A stretch of 64,000 nucleotides of DNA from Salinivirgaceae bacterium. GTDB lineage: Bacteria; Bacteroidota; Bacteroidia; Bacteroidales; SZUA-534. Below the pieces are notes generated by a model that was not told the origin of the DNA, made no database searches, and saw only the letters and a program-made list of their open reading frames with translations. This document shows, one piece after another, positions 50,044 through 60,736 of this stretch (its first letter is position 1; every line of letters starts with the position of its first letter). Both the position numbers and the translations under genes were made by a program. The stretch covers positions 217,694 through 281,693 of the forward strand of contig JAFVGW010000034.1 in assembly GCA_017474765.1 (NCBI GenBank). The letters are read 5' to 3'.

Positions 50044-52275
50044 ATGAATACAAATTCAGAATTTACTGACGAGGAAAAACAACTTATACAAGACCATTTC
50101 CAAGACTTGCTTCAGTCGGCGCGGATGTCGCAGAGTGAAGAGGACAAGGCTTTGATAACCAAGGCGTTCAATCTGGCCAACGGTGCTCACGCCAATATGC
50201 GCCGCAAGTCGGGCGAGCCCTACATCCTGCATCCGATTGCTGTGGCAAAAATTGCCACAACCGAGATAGGATTGGGCACTAAATCAATTGTTTCGGCGCT
50301 GCTGCACGATGTGGTCGAAGACACCGATTTCACTGTTGAGGACATCCGTTTGCAGTTTGGCGACAAGATTGCCAACATTGTTGACGGCCTGACGAAAATT
50401 GCGGGCGTTTTCGACGGACAGACCGACCTTCAGGCTGAAAATTTCAAGAAGATAATTATGACGATGGCCGACGACCTGCGGGTGATTTTCATCAAGTTGG
50501 CCGACCGTCTGCACAATATGCGCACGCTCGACAGTATGCCGCCCAACAAGCAGCTCAAAATCGCGAGCGAGACGCTGTTCATCTATGCGCCGCTGGCTCA
50601 CCGCCTGGGTTTGTACTCAATCAAAACCGAACTCGAAGATTTGTGTCTGAAATACCATCATCCGTTTGAATATCAGCGTATCGCAAGTTTTATTAAGGCT
50701 AGCGAGCAGAAACGGTTCACCTACATCAATCGGTTTTCGCTGCCCATCACCGCAAGGTTGAACGCCGAAAAATACACCTACGAGATTACTGGTCGGCCGA
50801 AGTCGATTTACTCAATCTGGCACAAGATGGAAACGAAAAAAGTGCCGCTCGAGGAAATCTACGACCTGTTTGCCATCCGCATCATCTTCGATCCCGATCC
50901 TAACATCCCTGAAAAAACGCAGTGCTGGGCCATCTACTCAATTATCACCGACCTTTACACGCCGCGTCCAGACCGCATCCGCGACTGGATAAGCCAGCCG
51001 AAATCGAACGGCTACGAGGCGCTGCACACCACGGTGATGGGCCCTGGCGGACAATGGGTTGAAGTGCAGATTCGCTCACGCCGTATGAACGATATTGCCG
51101 AACACGGATATGCCGCTCACTGGAAGTACAAAGAGAATACAACCACTGAAAATGAACTGGATAAGTGGATTTTTGAGATTCGCAAGATGCTTGAGGACCC
51201 CAAAAACGACGCTTTCGATTTTCTAGATGAGTTCAAACTGAACCTTTTCGCATCGGAAATCACAGTGTTCACGCCTAAAGGTGAGTCAGTTACGCTGCCT
51301 GCAAAATCAACGGTGCTCGACTTCGCATTCGAAATCCACTCGCAGGTGGGCTATCACGCTTACGGTGCCAAGGTGAACCACAAACTGGTGTCGCTGAATC
51401 AGGAACTGAATGCTGGCGACCAAATCGAAATTCTGACATCGGAAAAGCAACAGCCTGAACCTGAATGGATTGACTATGTGACAACGGCAAAGGCACGCAA
51501 CACCATCAAGAGTTTCTTCAAGGACCAGCGCCGCAACGTGTCGACCGAAGGCAAACTGCACCTTGAGTGGCTGCTCGAGCAGACTAAGATGCAAATTAAC
51601 TCGAACATTTTCAGGAAATTATACAACCACTTCCAGACGCGCAACAAAGACGAACTTTACTTCAAACTCGGCACAAAGAAAATCACCGTTGACGAGTTCA
51701 AGAACATTATGGAAAAGCGCTCGCTCAGCAAGTGGATGAAATTCTGGGGAATATCGCGGTCGAGTTCGAAGATTGACGCCACGAAGAAGTTCGACAAGTC
51801 GAAACCGCTGGTGGTTGACGACAACACGCAGGGCTATCAGATTGCATCGTGCTGCAACCCGATTCCTGGCGACGACGTGATTGGCTACCGCATTGCCGAC
51901 GACGAGCTGATAATCCACAGCACATCGTGTCCATACGCCATAAAACTCAGTTCGAGCGACAGTTCGAACGTGGTGAAGGTTGAGTGGACATCGCACAAGA
52001 TGATGGCCTACCTGGGCCGCATCAAAATCAAGGGCGTTTACAATTCCGACGCCATCAACAAGGTGACGAAAACCATCACCAATCAGTTGGACGTGAACTT
52101 GAGGGCGATAAACATCGACTGCCACGACGGTATTTTTGAGGGCACCATAGATGTGTATGTGCATAATAATGAATTTCTTACGCAGATAATCAAGGATTTG
52201 TCGAAGATTAAGGGAATGTCGCACGTGACGCGCGATATGCTCGATGACAAGGCTGAAACGAAAATCGAAATGTAA
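50044..52275 (+). CDS. relA: bifunctional (p)ppGpp synthetase/hydrolase (RelA/SpoT homologue)
   Basis: 743 aa with the HD domain (HPIAVA...LLHDVVEDT), the synthetase region (RPKSIYSIWHKM...DLFAIRII) and TGS and ACT-like C-terminal domains. Confidence 0.9.
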   Translation: MNTNSEFTDEEKQLIQDHFQDLLQSARMSQSEEDKALITKAFNLANGAHANMRRKSGEPYILHPIAVAKIATTEIGLGTKSIVSALLHDVVEDTDFTVEDIRLQFGDKIANIVDGLTKIAGVFDGQTDLQAENFKKIIMTMADDLRVIFIKLADRLHNMRTLDSMPPNKQLKIASETLFIYAPLAHRLGLYSIKTELEDLCLKYHHPFEYQRIASFIKASEQKRFTYINRFSLPITARLNAEKYTYEITGRPKSIYSIWHKMETKKVPLEEIYDLFAIRIIFDPDPNIPEKTQCWAIYSIITDLYTPRPDRIRDWISQPKSNGYEALHTTVMGPGGQWVEVQIRSRRMNDIAEHGYAAHWKYKENTTTENELDKWIFEIRKMLEDPKNDAFDFLDEFKLNLFASEITVFTPKGESVTLPAKSTVLDFAFEIHSQVGYHAYGAKVNHKLVSLNQELNAGDQIEILTSEKQQPEPEWIDYVTTAKARNTIKSFFKDQRRNVSTEGKLHLEWLLEQTKMQINSNIFRKLYNHFQTRNKDELYFKLGTKKITVDEFKNIMEKRSLSKWMKFWGISRSSSKIDATKKFDKSKPLVVDDNTQGYQIASCCNPIPGDDVIGYRIADDELIIHSTSCPYAIKLSSSDSSNVVKVEWTSHKMMAYLGRIKIKGVYNSDAINKVTKTITNQLDVNLRAINIDCHDGIFEGTIDVYVHNNEFLTQIIKDLSKIKGMSHVTRDMLDDKAETKIEM

Positions 52276-52278
52276 ACG

Positions 52279-53601
52279 ATGGGAAAGAAATTATACATCG
52301 AAACCTACGGGTGTCAGATGAATGTGGCTGACAGTGAGGTGGTTGCGGCTATTATGCAGGCCGAAGGCTACGACTATACGCGTGAGCGTGACGAGGCCGA
52401 CATCATTCTGCTCAACACCTGTTCAATCCGCGACAACGCCGAGCAGCGCATCTGGGCAAAACTCGATGGGCTTCAGCAACTTAAACGTCAAAAGTCAGGC
52501 CTGCTGGTTGGTGTTATCGGCTGTATGGCTGAGCGGCTCGGCAAAGAACTGATTGAGAAAAAATCGGTTGACATTGTGGCGGGCCCCGACTCGTACATAC
52601 ATCTGCCAATACTTGTGTCAAAGGCGCTTGGCGGTCATCCTGCCATCGACACCGAACTATCGGTAACCGAAACCTATGCGGGCATCTGTCCCACACGCAT
52701 CGAGACCAATGGCGTGTCGGCGTTTGTGAGCATTATGCGGGGCTGCAACAATTTCTGCTCATACTGCATTGTGCCCTACACCCGCGGACGCGAGCGCAGC
52801 CGCGACATTGCCGACATTCTGACCGAGGTGGCCGACCTTGACAGCAAGGGCTACAAAGAGGTCACACTGCTGGGGCAGAACGTGAACTCATACAATTTCA
52901 AAGGTGCCGATGGTGAGATAAAATTCCCGCAACTGCTTGAAACTGTTGCAGAAAAGTTCCCTACAATGCGCATCCGCTTCTCGACAAGCCACCCCAAGGA
53001 TATGGCCGATGAAACACTGCAAGTGATTGCTAATCACCCGAATATCTGCCGACATATTCATCTGCCTGTGCAGAGCGGCAGCAACAAGATTCTTGAGGCG
53101 ATGAACCGCAAATACACCCGCGAATGGTATATGGGCCGCATTGAGGCCATCCGCAAGTATATTCCCGAATGCGCCATCAGCACCGATGTTTTCTGCGGCT
53201 TCCATTCCGAAACCGATGAAGACCAACAACTTACACTCGACTTGATGCGGTGGGCAAAGTTCGATTCGGCGTTTATGTTCAAATACTCTGAACGGCCTGG
53301 AACTAAAGCCGCCCGCACAATGCCCGACAATGTGCCCGAAGATGTGAAAGTGGCTCGTTTTCAGCAGATTATCGATTTGCAGAACACGCTTTCAGCCGAG
53401 TCGAACCAACGTGACATTGGCAAGACATTTGAAGTACTTGTCGAAGGGCCTAGCAAGCGTTCGGACGCCGAATGGTGCGGCCGCAGTTCGCAGAACAAGA
53501 TGATTGTTTTCCCGCATCAGGGACAGAAACCTGGCGACTATGTGAAAGTGAAGGTGGAAAGCAGCACGTCGGCGACGCTGATTGGAAAGATTGTGGATTA
53601 G
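52279..53601 (+). CDS. miaB: tRNA (N6-isopentenyladenosine-37-C2)-methylthiotransferase
   Basis: 440 aa. KLYIETYGCQMN is the UPF0004 domain, the radical-SAM motif is CNNFCSYCIVP, and a C-terminal TRAM domain is present. Confidence 0.9.
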   Translation: MGKKLYIETYGCQMNVADSEVVAAIMQAEGYDYTRERDEADIILLNTCSIRDNAEQRIWAKLDGLQQLKRQKSGLLVGVIGCMAERLGKELIEKKSVDIVAGPDSYIHLPILVSKALGGHPAIDTELSVTETYAGICPTRIETNGVSAFVSIMRGCNNFCSYCIVPYTRGRERSRDIADILTEVADLDSKGYKEVTLLGQNVNSYNFKGADGEIKFPQLLETVAEKFPTMRIRFSTSHPKDMADETLQVIANHPNICRHIHLPVQSGSNKILEAMNRKYTREWYMGRIEAIRKYIPECAISTDVFCGFHSETDEDQQLTLDLMRWAKFDSAFMFKYSERPGTKAARTMPDNVPEDVKVARFQQIIDLQNTLSAESNQRDIGKTFEVLVEGPSKRSDAEWCGRSSQNKMIVFPHQGQKPGDYVKVKVESSTSATLIGKIVD

Positions 53602-54149
53602 TCTTGCATCAACTTTTTGCACGCCTCAACACACCGCGTTATGGCAAGATTCAAGTATCCGTCGGTTTTGTAAACGGCTGATTCCGAATCGTTTCGCACA
53701 TAAGTCCACAATTGGCGCGTTGAAGCGTCGAAATCGACATTGCCGCAATAGAAATCGGCAAGCACACGGCCGTTGCCTCTGACAAAAACGCGCGAACCGC
53801 CAGCCGTTCCAACGTCATACTGGCTCCATTGGCTCTCGCTGTTGGTCATCAGCCGCTCAGCCTCAACAACAGTAATTGCGGCAAGCAACTCGCCGACAAC
53901 AGCATCAGCCACCGCTACGCTATCGCTCGATGTGATTGCAAGCCAATGATTTGATGGTTTGCAAAGTTTGATGGTTGCACCACCATCAGCAACCCCGATG
54001 CACAAATAGTCGACCTGCGCTGTATCAACAGCCAACGCCACACGGCGAGTTGTGTCGTATGAGCCGCGATCGCGCAGGACAACCGCCACGCAGGCTGTCG
54101 ATAGCAAGGCCAGCACTGGAACAAAAAGCCATCCGCGCTTACTCAACAT
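53598..54149 (-). CDS. DUF4340-like protein associated with the GldG-like gene
   Basis: 183 aa with an N-terminal TM/signal. It overlaps the end of the gldG-like gene by 11 nt. The family assignment rests on context and memory only. Confidence 0.5.
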   Translation of the reverse strand: MLSKRGWLFVPVLALLSTACVAVVLRDRGSYDTTRRVALAVDTAQVDYLCIGVADGGATIKLCKPSNHWLAITSSDSVAVADAVVGELLAAITVVEAERLMTNSESQWSQYDVGTAGGSRVFVRGNGRVLADFYCGNVDFDASTRQLWTYVRNDSESAVYKTDGYLNLAITRCVEACKKLMQD

Positions 54150-55665
54150 ACCCCTCCTCCATTCGTTTTATGCGACGGTTGCGCTGCTGCTGGGTTCTGA
54201 TTATGCCAATTAGGACGACTAACACAATGGGCAACAGCACATTGAGCCATTTAATAAAGGCTCGCGTACCATCGTCGAGTTGGGCAATCGGACGGGCTGT
54301 TACACCTTTCGTCCGCAAATCCACCAAACCCGTGTCATCCGACAGATAATCAATTGAATTGACCATCAGGCTGATATTGTCGGGCGACTGCTGGCGGGGC
54401 TGCCGCGGACTGCCGTTGATGGCAAAACCGCCGTTGCCGATTACAATCATCTTCGAGTCGGGCACACCGCCGATTGTGCCTTCGAGCAGGCCGCCAAGCG
54501 GAATCTCGGCCAGCGGAAAGTCACGCGTAGTCCATTGCCGCTGAACATCAATCACCGTTGGCGCGTTCAACGTTGCCGAATGATCAGAAGTGTAAAGCAG
54601 AGGCGTGAAAGTTGCCAGCGAATCGCCCGTGTAAACCACTGGGCTGACAAACTGCAACTGCACCTGCTCCAGACCGTTGGTGATTGGATGCTGGCCAAAA
54701 TTGCCGATGAACGGAATGTAAGGAAACTGCTGCTGGACATTCACTCGATAGGCGCCCTGCTGTTGCTGTACGCTGACATTGGCGCAAAAATTGTCGATAG
54801 CAAGTTTGCTTTCAACGCTCACATCCTTGCCAATGAGCCATTGCTCCAACCCCGTATTTCGCACATTTACAAACAGATTGTCCAAATCGGCATCAACGCG
54901 GTCGATGGCGATGAAAAGCCTTCCTCCCCGCGCCATGAAACGGTCGATGGCTGCAAATTCAGCAGCGTCGATAGTATCAATTGGCGCAATAATGGCCAGA
55001 ACCGATACGCTGTCAAGTGCGGCACCATTCTGCTGTAAATCAATAGGTTGCACATCGCAAATCACCTCCATTTCGGCCAAAGCCTGCTGCATTGCCATCA
55101 GTGGCGGCTCGCCGTGTCCCTGCAAAACCCCGACTAACGGCCGATGCACGGATGACATTTTTCTGATGGCCGACGAGAGTGCATACTCAACTGGCATTTC
55201 GGGCTGGATAATTGGCAGAATCTCCTTTTTCCGCCCCTGCTCAACAACCGCCCCCATAAAAACACGCTGTTGCCTCACTTGGTCTTTCTCTCTGACATTC
55301 AACATAATCGGATAGACACCCGCGTTGAGTGCCTCCTGCTCGGCCTCCTCTGAAGAGGAAGCGTTGACAAATCTGAAATCGAACTGGCCACGCGAAACGT
55401 TATGATATTCAGTCAGCAAATCTTTGAAATCGCGTTTTGTGCGCAGAATTTCGGCTGGCAAATCATTTGAATAATAAGCCGTTAGCGTGACTGGCTCGTC
55501 CAAATTGGCAAGTATCGACTTTGTGGCGCTGCTCAAAGTATACCTGCTGTCGGCCGTGAAATCGACACGAAAAAACAATTTGTCAGATATAATATTGATT
55601 ACAAGCAATATAACCAACGCCGACACTGGATATAACCAAGATTGTTTTGCCTTCTTCATAATCAT
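54139..55665 (-). CDS. gldG: GldG-like ABC-transporter accessory protein
   Basis: 508 aa with N- and C-terminal TM helices flanking a large extracytoplasmic domain. It is co-linear with ABC-2 permease and ATPase genes. Confidence 0.7.
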   Translation of the reverse strand: MIMKKAKQSWLYPVSALVILLVINIISDKLFFRVDFTADSRYTLSSATKSILANLDEPVTLTAYYSNDLPAEILRTKRDFKDLLTEYHNVSRGQFDFRFVNASSSEEAEQEALNAGVYPIMLNVREKDQVRQQRVFMGAVVEQGRKKEILPIIQPEMPVEYALSSAIRKMSSVHRPLVGVLQGHGEPPLMAMQQALAEMEVICDVQPIDLQQNGAALDSVSVLAIIAPIDTIDAAEFAAIDRFMARGGRLFIAIDRVDADLDNLFVNVRNTGLEQWLIGKDVSVESKLAIDNFCANVSVQQQQGAYRVNVQQQFPYIPFIGNFGQHPITNGLEQVQLQFVSPVVYTGDSLATFTPLLYTSDHSATLNAPTVIDVQRQWTTRDFPLAEIPLGGLLEGTIGGVPDSKMIVIGNGGFAINGSPRQPRQQSPDNISLMVNSIDYLSDDTGLVDLRTKGVTARPIAQLDDGTRAFIKWLNVLLPIVLVVLIGIIRTQQQRNRRIKRMEEGYVE

Positions 55666-56381
55666 AAAATTTTTGATTTGAGCGACTGCTCGGCAAGGAA
55701 AATACCCGCAAACGTGAGCGATGCGAAATAGACAATGTCCTTTGAATCAATCACTCCGCGCGCAATGCTGTCGAAATGAGAGTTCATGTCGAGGCCGACC
55801 GCAATCAAGCCGAGCCCCCCTCCTATCTGCCGCCCGATGATTCCAAATATCAGATGGAAAAAGATGCCGATAATCAAAGCCAGCATAAAACTGATAATCT
55901 GATTGTTAGTTATCGAACTTGCAAACAATCCGATGCCCGCATAGGCACTGCTCATCAGCAGCAAACCAAAATAACCGCAAATCACGGCCCCGTGGTCAAC
56001 ATTGCCAAGGAACGACACCGATATGTAATACGGCAGAGTCAGAGCCAACACAATGGCTATCAGCATGATAATGGCAAGATATTTGCCCAGCACAATCTGG
56101 CGGCAGGTTATTGGCTTTGTGAGCAGCATCTCAATTGTGCCAGTTTTCATCTCTTCGGCTATCGACCTCATTGTCAGCGCGGGAATCAGCAGAAACAGTG
56201 TTATGTATGCCACCGAGAAAAACATCTGCAACGAAGCCTGACCATACATGAAAATGTCGCTGCCGTAAACCCAGGTGAAAATGCCGCTGAACCCCAGAAA
56301 AAGCACCAGCAGCACGTACGCCGTCAGCGAATCGAAATACGACCTTAACTCCTGACACGCCATTGTCCAAACAAGTTTCAT
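55662..56381 (-). CDS. gldF: ABC-2 type permease (GldF-like)
   Basis: 239 aa with six hydrophobic helices. It overlaps the downstream gene by 4 nt. Confidence 0.75.
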   Translation of the reverse strand: MKLVWTMACQELRSYFDSLTAYVLLVLFLGFSGIFTWVYGSDIFMYGQASLQMFFSVAYITLFLLIPALTMRSIAEEMKTGTIEMLLTKPITCRQIVLGKYLAIIMLIAIVLALTLPYYISVSFLGNVDHGAVICGYFGLLLMSSAYAGIGLFASSITNNQIISFMLALIIGIFFHLIFGIIGRQIGGGLGLIAVGLDMNSHFDSIARGVIDSKDIVYFASLTFAGIFLAEQSLKSKIL

Positions 56382-56441
56382 TTCAACAATTATTGATAAA
56401 AGATTAAATATTAATAGTTTAGACCGATTTGTTCATTCCCA

Positions 56442-57368
56442 TTATTTAGTCAGTTCACGGAACACATCTTCGAGTTTTGTCTCCACAGGAGTCAACTCGG
56501 TCAGCAGCCATCCATTCTCGACGCAAGTGGTGTAAATATCACGCCTACAGGATGTTCCTGGCATTCCGTGCACCTCAAACGAATCGTCTTTTCCTTTGAC
56601 TGTATCAACAAAATCGATGGTCTCAACCTGACGTAAGGTATTGATAACCAAGTCGCGGTCGGCATCCTCAATGGTTATTTTCACCAACTCGGCACCTTGC
56701 TCGGCACGGCGGAGTTGCTCGGCAGTTCCATCGGCCACAATGTGCCCCTTATTAATAATAAGTATGCGGTTGCAGGTGGCCTCAACCTCGGCCAGGATGT
56801 GCGAACTCAAGATAATGGTCTTTTCACGGCCAATGCGGCGAATCAGTTCGCGGATTTCGACAATCTGATTCGGGTCGAGGCCAGTTGTCGGCTCGTCTAG
56901 GATGAGCACCTGAGGGTCGTGAATCAAGGCTTGAGCCAGGCCCACACGCTGGCGGTAACCTTTCGACAACTCACCGATGCGCTTGTGCTTTTCGCCCTCA
57001 AGGCCACACACGTTCACCATTTCAAGAATACGGTCGTTGATTTTGTTGGCACGAATCAGTTGCAACTGTGCCATGTAACGCAGATAGTCGATGACCGTCA
57101 TATCGGTGTAAAGCGGGTTATGTTCAGGCAGATAGCCGATAAGTTGCTTCACTTTCGACGGATTGTCGGCAACCGAATATTTTCCAACGGTTATCGTGCC
57201 ACTGGTGGGCGTGATATATCCCGCGATGGCTTTCATGGTTGTGGTTTTGCCCGCGCCGTTTGGCCCCAGAAAACCGAGGATCTCACCCGTCTTAACCTCA
57301 AAAGTCAGATTATCGACAGCCCGCTGCTGCCCATAATATTTTGTCAGATTTTTAACAATTACATTCAC
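56442..57368 (-). CDS. gldA: ABC transporter ATP-binding protein (GldA-like)
   Basis: 308 aa with Walker A GPNGAGKTT, signature LSKGYRQR and Walker B LILDEPT. It has an apparent GTG start. Confidence 0.85.
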   Translation of the reverse strand: MNVIVKNLTKYYGQQRAVDNLTFEVKTGEILGFLGPNGAGKTTTMKAIAGYITPTSGTITVGKYSVADNPSKVKQLIGYLPEHNPLYTDMTVIDYLRYMAQLQLIRANKINDRILEMVNVCGLEGEKHKRIGELSKGYRQRVGLAQALIHDPQVLILDEPTTGLDPNQIVEIRELIRRIGREKTIILSSHILAEVEATCNRILIINKGHIVADGTAEQLRRAEQGAELVKITIEDADRDLVINTLRQVETIDFVDTVKGKDDSFEVHGMPGTSCRRDIYTTCVENGWLLTELTPVETKLEDVFRELTK

Positions 57369-57391
57369 GCGTGTGAAGGTTTAAAACGCGC

Positions 57392-57399
57392 CAAATGTA
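57392..57399 (-). promoter_or_regulatory. candidate -7 element (TACATTTG) for the gldA-like operon
   Basis: Matches TAnnTTTG, 23 nt upstream of the start at 57368. Confidence 0.4.
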
Positions 57400-57453
57400 G
57401 GCAATGAGCCAATCGGTTTGTGTTAACGTTGTGTTAAACCAATGATTAAGGGC

Positions 57454-57490
57454 AAAAAAAAAGACCGTCCAGTTTTGGACGGTCTTTTTT
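57454..57490. terminator. bidirectional rho-independent terminator (after rpmE2)
   Basis: A run of 9 A, then AAGACCGTCC-AGTTTT-GGACGGTCTT, then TTTT. Confidence 0.8.
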
Positions 57491-57505
57491 CTATGCTGAA
57501 TTCTG

Positions 57506-57766
57506 TTATTTCTTGTTCTTCTCAAATTTAGCATAACGGCTGCGGAATTTATCAACGCGGCCTGCGGTGTCAACCAATTTCATCTTACCTGTATAGAACG
57601 GGTGTGATGCACTTGAGATTTCGAGTTTCACCAATGGATACTCAACCCCGTCTACCTCTATCGTATCTTTAGTGTTGACTGTCGATTTGTTGATGAAAAT
57701 CTGTCCGTTCGACATGTCTTTGAACACTACAAGGCGATAATCACTGGGATGTATGTCCTTTTTCAT
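57506..57766 (-). CDS. rpmE2: 50S ribosomal protein L31 type B (no CxxC zinc motif)
   Basis: 86 aa with [17 protein letters not shown]...[11 protein letters not shown]. Confidence 0.9.
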   Translation of the reverse strand: MKKDIHPSDYRLVVFKDMSNGQIFINKSTVNTKDTIEVDGVEYPLVKLEISSASHPFYTGKMKLVDTAGRVDKFRSRYAKFEKNKK

Positions 57767-57806
57767 TGTAGTATGTTTTTATTTAAAAAATTAAATTTTC
57801 GAGGTG

Positions 57807-57814
57807 CAAAAGTA
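57807..57814 (-). promoter_or_regulatory. candidate -7 element (TACTTTTG) for rpmE2
   Basis: Matches TAnnTTTG, 40 nt upstream of ATG 57766. Confidence 0.4.
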
Positions 57815-57997
57815 GAACATTGTATCGTAATAGCAAATGTTTTTGGTGAGATTTTTCATCGGCATAATTCATTTCCCGTCCTCTCCTAAATCATATAAAA
57901 TAGGTATTATATTCGATTATCAGATTTTCCTGCACGACAGTCAAAAAAACGTAAAACTTTTTTAGCCCGCCAATCCAATTTGACAACCGTTTTTTGT

Positions 57998-58005
57998 TAG
58001 CTTTG
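57998..58005 (+). promoter_or_regulatory. candidate -7 element (TAGCTTTG) for sdhCAB
   Basis: Matches TAnnTTTG, 39 nt upstream of ATG 58045. A TTTG lies at 57979-57982 as a possible -33. Confidence 0.4.
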
Positions 58006-58044
58006 CCCAAATTTTAACTGACATTTAATTAAAAAATTCAGACT

Positions 58045-58716
58045 ATGAGTAATTCTTGTTTGTCATCAATCGGAAAGAAACTGATAATGAGTATATCAGG
58101 TCTTTTCCTGGTTTTGTTTTTGCTGTTCCACATGTCGATGAACCTTGTGGCAGTATTTAGTGGCGAGGCTTACAATGCCGTGTGCGAATTCCTTGGCGCC
58201 AACTGGTATGCCTTGGTTGGAACAATGGTTCTGGCTCTCGGATTTATTGTTCACATTGTGTTCGCCTTCATTCTGAGCCTTCAGAACCGCAAGGCGCGCG
58301 GCACTGAGCGTTACGCTTATCAGGAGAAACCCGCCGCAGTTGAGTGGGCATCGCAGAATATGCTGGTGCTCGGCTGCATTGTGTTTGTGGGCCTGATTCT
58401 TCACTTGAGCCAATTCTGGTACAAGATGCAGTTTGCCGAGATTGCGGGCATCACCAATCAGTATGGTGTGGCCGACGGTGCCGCTTGGATGCAGTACTAC
58501 TTCAGCCAACTGCCTGTAGTCATCTGCTATCTGGTTTGGTTCGTGGCCATCTGGTTCCACCTGAGCCACGGCTTCTGGAGCGCTCTGCAGACCATTGGCT
58601 GGAACAACAAGGTTTGGATGGACCGCTGGAAATGCATCTCGAACATTTTTGCGACAGTCGTTATGCTCGGTTTCGCAGCAGTGGTTATCGCCGCTTACAT
58701 TAAATCGCTTTGCTAA
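58045..58716 (+). CDS. sdhC: succinate dehydrogenase/fumarate reductase cytochrome b subunit (Bacteroides type)
   Basis: 223 aa with five hydrophobic helices carrying conserved His residues. It is the first gene of the sdhCAB-type cluster. Confidence 0.85.
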   Translation: MSNSCLSSIGKKLIMSISGLFLVLFLLFHMSMNLVAVFSGEAYNAVCEFLGANWYALVGTMVLALGFIVHIVFAFILSLQNRKARGTERYAYQEKPAAVEWASQNMLVLGCIVFVGLILHLSQFWYKMQFAEIAGITNQYGVADGAAWMQYYFSQLPVVICYLVWFVAIWFHLSHGFWSALQTIGWNNKVWMDRWKCISNIFATVVMLGFAAVVIAAYIKSLC

Positions 58717-58735
58717 CTATCTAATTTGAAATAAA

Positions 58736-60715
58736 ATGGCTACAATAGATTCTAAAATACCTGAAGGTCCGATAGCCGAAAAATGGACCAACTATAAGGC
58801 ACATCAAAAACTTGTGAACCCTGCCAACAAGCGTAAATTGGACATCATTGTCGTTGGAACAGGTTTGGCTGGCGCATCGGCAGCATCAACTTTGGCCGAG
58901 ATGGGTTTCAACATCCTGAACTTCTGCATTCAGGACTCACCGCGCCGCGCTCACTCAATTGCGGCTCAGGGCGGTATCAACGCAGCAAAGAACTATCAGA
59001 ACGACGGCGACTCGGTTTACCGCCTGTTCTACGATACTGTTAAAGGTGGCGACTATCGCGCACGCGAAGCCAACGTTTACCGTCTGGCCGAAGTGTCGAA
59101 CAACATCATCGACCAATGCGTGGCTCAGGGCGTTCCTTTCGCCCGCGAATATGGTGGCCTGCTTGCCAACCGTTCGTTCGGTGGCGCTCAGGTTAGCCGC
59201 ACATTCTACGCCAAAGGTCAGACTGGTCAGCAACTTCTGCTTGGCGCCTACTCATCGCTCAACCGCCAAATCAAGGCTGGCAAGGTGAAGAGTTACAACC
59301 GCTACGAGTTGCACGACATTGTTATGGTTGATGGCCGCGCCCGCGGTATCATCGCCAAAAACCTGGTGACTGGCGAGTTCGAGCGTTTTGCCGCTCACGC
59401 TGTTGTTCTGGCAACTGGCGGCTACGGCAACACCTACTTCCTTTCGACCAACGCTATGGGCTGCAACTGCTCGGCTGCCATCGCGGCTTACCGCAAGGGC
59501 GCTTACTTTGCAAACCCTTCATACGTACAGATTCACCCGACTTGTATTCCTGTTCACGGCGACAAACAATCGAAACTGACACTTATGTCGGAGTCGCTGC
59601 GTAACGACGGCCGCATCTGGGTTCCGAAGAAGATTGAAGACGCCAAGAAACTTCAGAAGGGCGAAATCAAAGGCTCTGACATTCCTGAAGAAGACCGCGA
59701 CTACTACTTGGAGCGCCGCTATCCCGCATTCGGCAACCTGGTTCCGCGCGACGTTGCAAGCCGCGCTGCCAAAGAGCGCTGCGACAAGGGCTTCGGCGTG
59801 AACAACACTGGCCTGGCCGTGTTCCTTGACTTCTCTGAAGCCATCAACCGTCTTGGCATCGACGTTGTCCGTCAGCGCTACGGCAACCTGTTCGATATGT
59901 ACGAAGAGATTTCGGACGTTAATCCTGGCGAGTTCGCACGCGAGATTAACGGTGTGAAATACTACAACCCGATGATGATTTTCCCCGCCATCCACTACAC
60001 AATGGGTGGTCTGTGGGTTGACTACGAACTTCAGACTTCAGTGAAGGGCCTGTTCGCCATTGGCGAGTGCAACTTCTCTGACCACGGCGCCAACCGTCTG
60101 GGTGCTTCGGCTCTGATGCAGGGTCTGGCCGACGGCTATTTCGTTCTGCCTTACACCATTCAGAACTACCTGAGCGACCAAATCACCGTTCCGCGCTTCG
60201 ACCCGAACAGCAAGGAGTTCATCGATGCTCAGAAGAAATGCGAAGCCGAACAGGACGCTCTGATGAAAATCAAGGGCAAACGCTCGGTTGACTCTATCCA
60301 CAAGGATTTGGGCCACATTATGTGGGAATACGTTGGTATGGGCCGCACCAAAGAGAGCCTTGAGACAGCGCTCACCAAACTGAAAGAGTTGCGCAAGGAG
60401 TTCGAAACCAACCTGTTCATCCCTGGAAAGGAAGAAGGTATGAATGTCGAACTCGACAAGGCCTTCCGTTTGAAAGACTTTATTATGATGGGCGAACTGA
60501 TTGCCCGCGACGCACTGAGCCGTAACGAGAGCTGCGGCGGCCACTTCCGTGAGGAGTACCAAACTGAAGAGGGCGAGGCAAAACGCGACGACGAGAACTA
60601 CTTCTACGTTGGCTGCTGGAACTATCAGGGCGACGACAACAAAGAGCCTGAACTGCTGAAAGAACCGCTTAAATATGAGGCTATCAAGGTTCAAACTCGT
60701 AACTATAAATCATAA
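58736..60715 (+). CDS. sdhA: succinate dehydrogenase/fumarate reductase flavoprotein subunit
   Basis: 659 aa with the FAD-binding motif [26 protein letters not shown] (covalent FAD His) and HPTCIP...HYTMGG. Confidence 0.92.
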   Translation: MATIDSKIPEGPIAEKWTNYKAHQKLVNPANKRKLDIIVVGTGLAGASAASTLAEMGFNILNFCIQDSPRRAHSIAAQGGINAAKNYQNDGDSVYRLFYDTVKGGDYRAREANVYRLAEVSNNIIDQCVAQGVPFAREYGGLLANRSFGGAQVSRTFYAKGQTGQQLLLGAYSSLNRQIKAGKVKSYNRYELHDIVMVDGRARGIIAKNLVTGEFERFAAHAVVLATGGYGNTYFLSTNAMGCNCSAAIAAYRKGAYFANPSYVQIHPTCIPVHGDKQSKLTLMSESLRNDGRIWVPKKIEDAKKLQKGEIKGSDIPEEDRDYYLERRYPAFGNLVPRDVASRAAKERCDKGFGVNNTGLAVFLDFSEAINRLGIDVVRQRYGNLFDMYEEISDVNPGEFAREINGVKYYNPMMIFPAIHYTMGGLWVDYELQTSVKGLFAIGECNFSDHGANRLGASALMQGLADGYFVLPYTIQNYLSDQITVPRFDPNSKEFIDAQKKCEAEQDALMKIKGKRSVDSIHKDLGHIMWEYVGMGRTKESLETALTKLKELRKEFETNLFIPGKEEGMNVELDKAFRLKDFIMMGELIARDALSRNESCGGHFREEYQTEEGEAKRDDENYFYVGCWNYQGDDNKEPELLKEPLKYEAIKVQTRNYKS

Positions 60716-60736
60716 TCATCTTAAAAAGTAAATCAA

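Noticed and set aside
51619-52224. 201-aa minus-strand ORF opposite the RelA/SpoT gene
   Set aside because: It is a shadow ORF antisense to a clearly conserved gene.
53598-53601. Convergent miaB and DUF4340-like genes with overlapping stop codons (TTAG)
   Set aside because: The overlap is real, but it is a common consequence of gene packing. No structure or motif suggests a specific mechanism.
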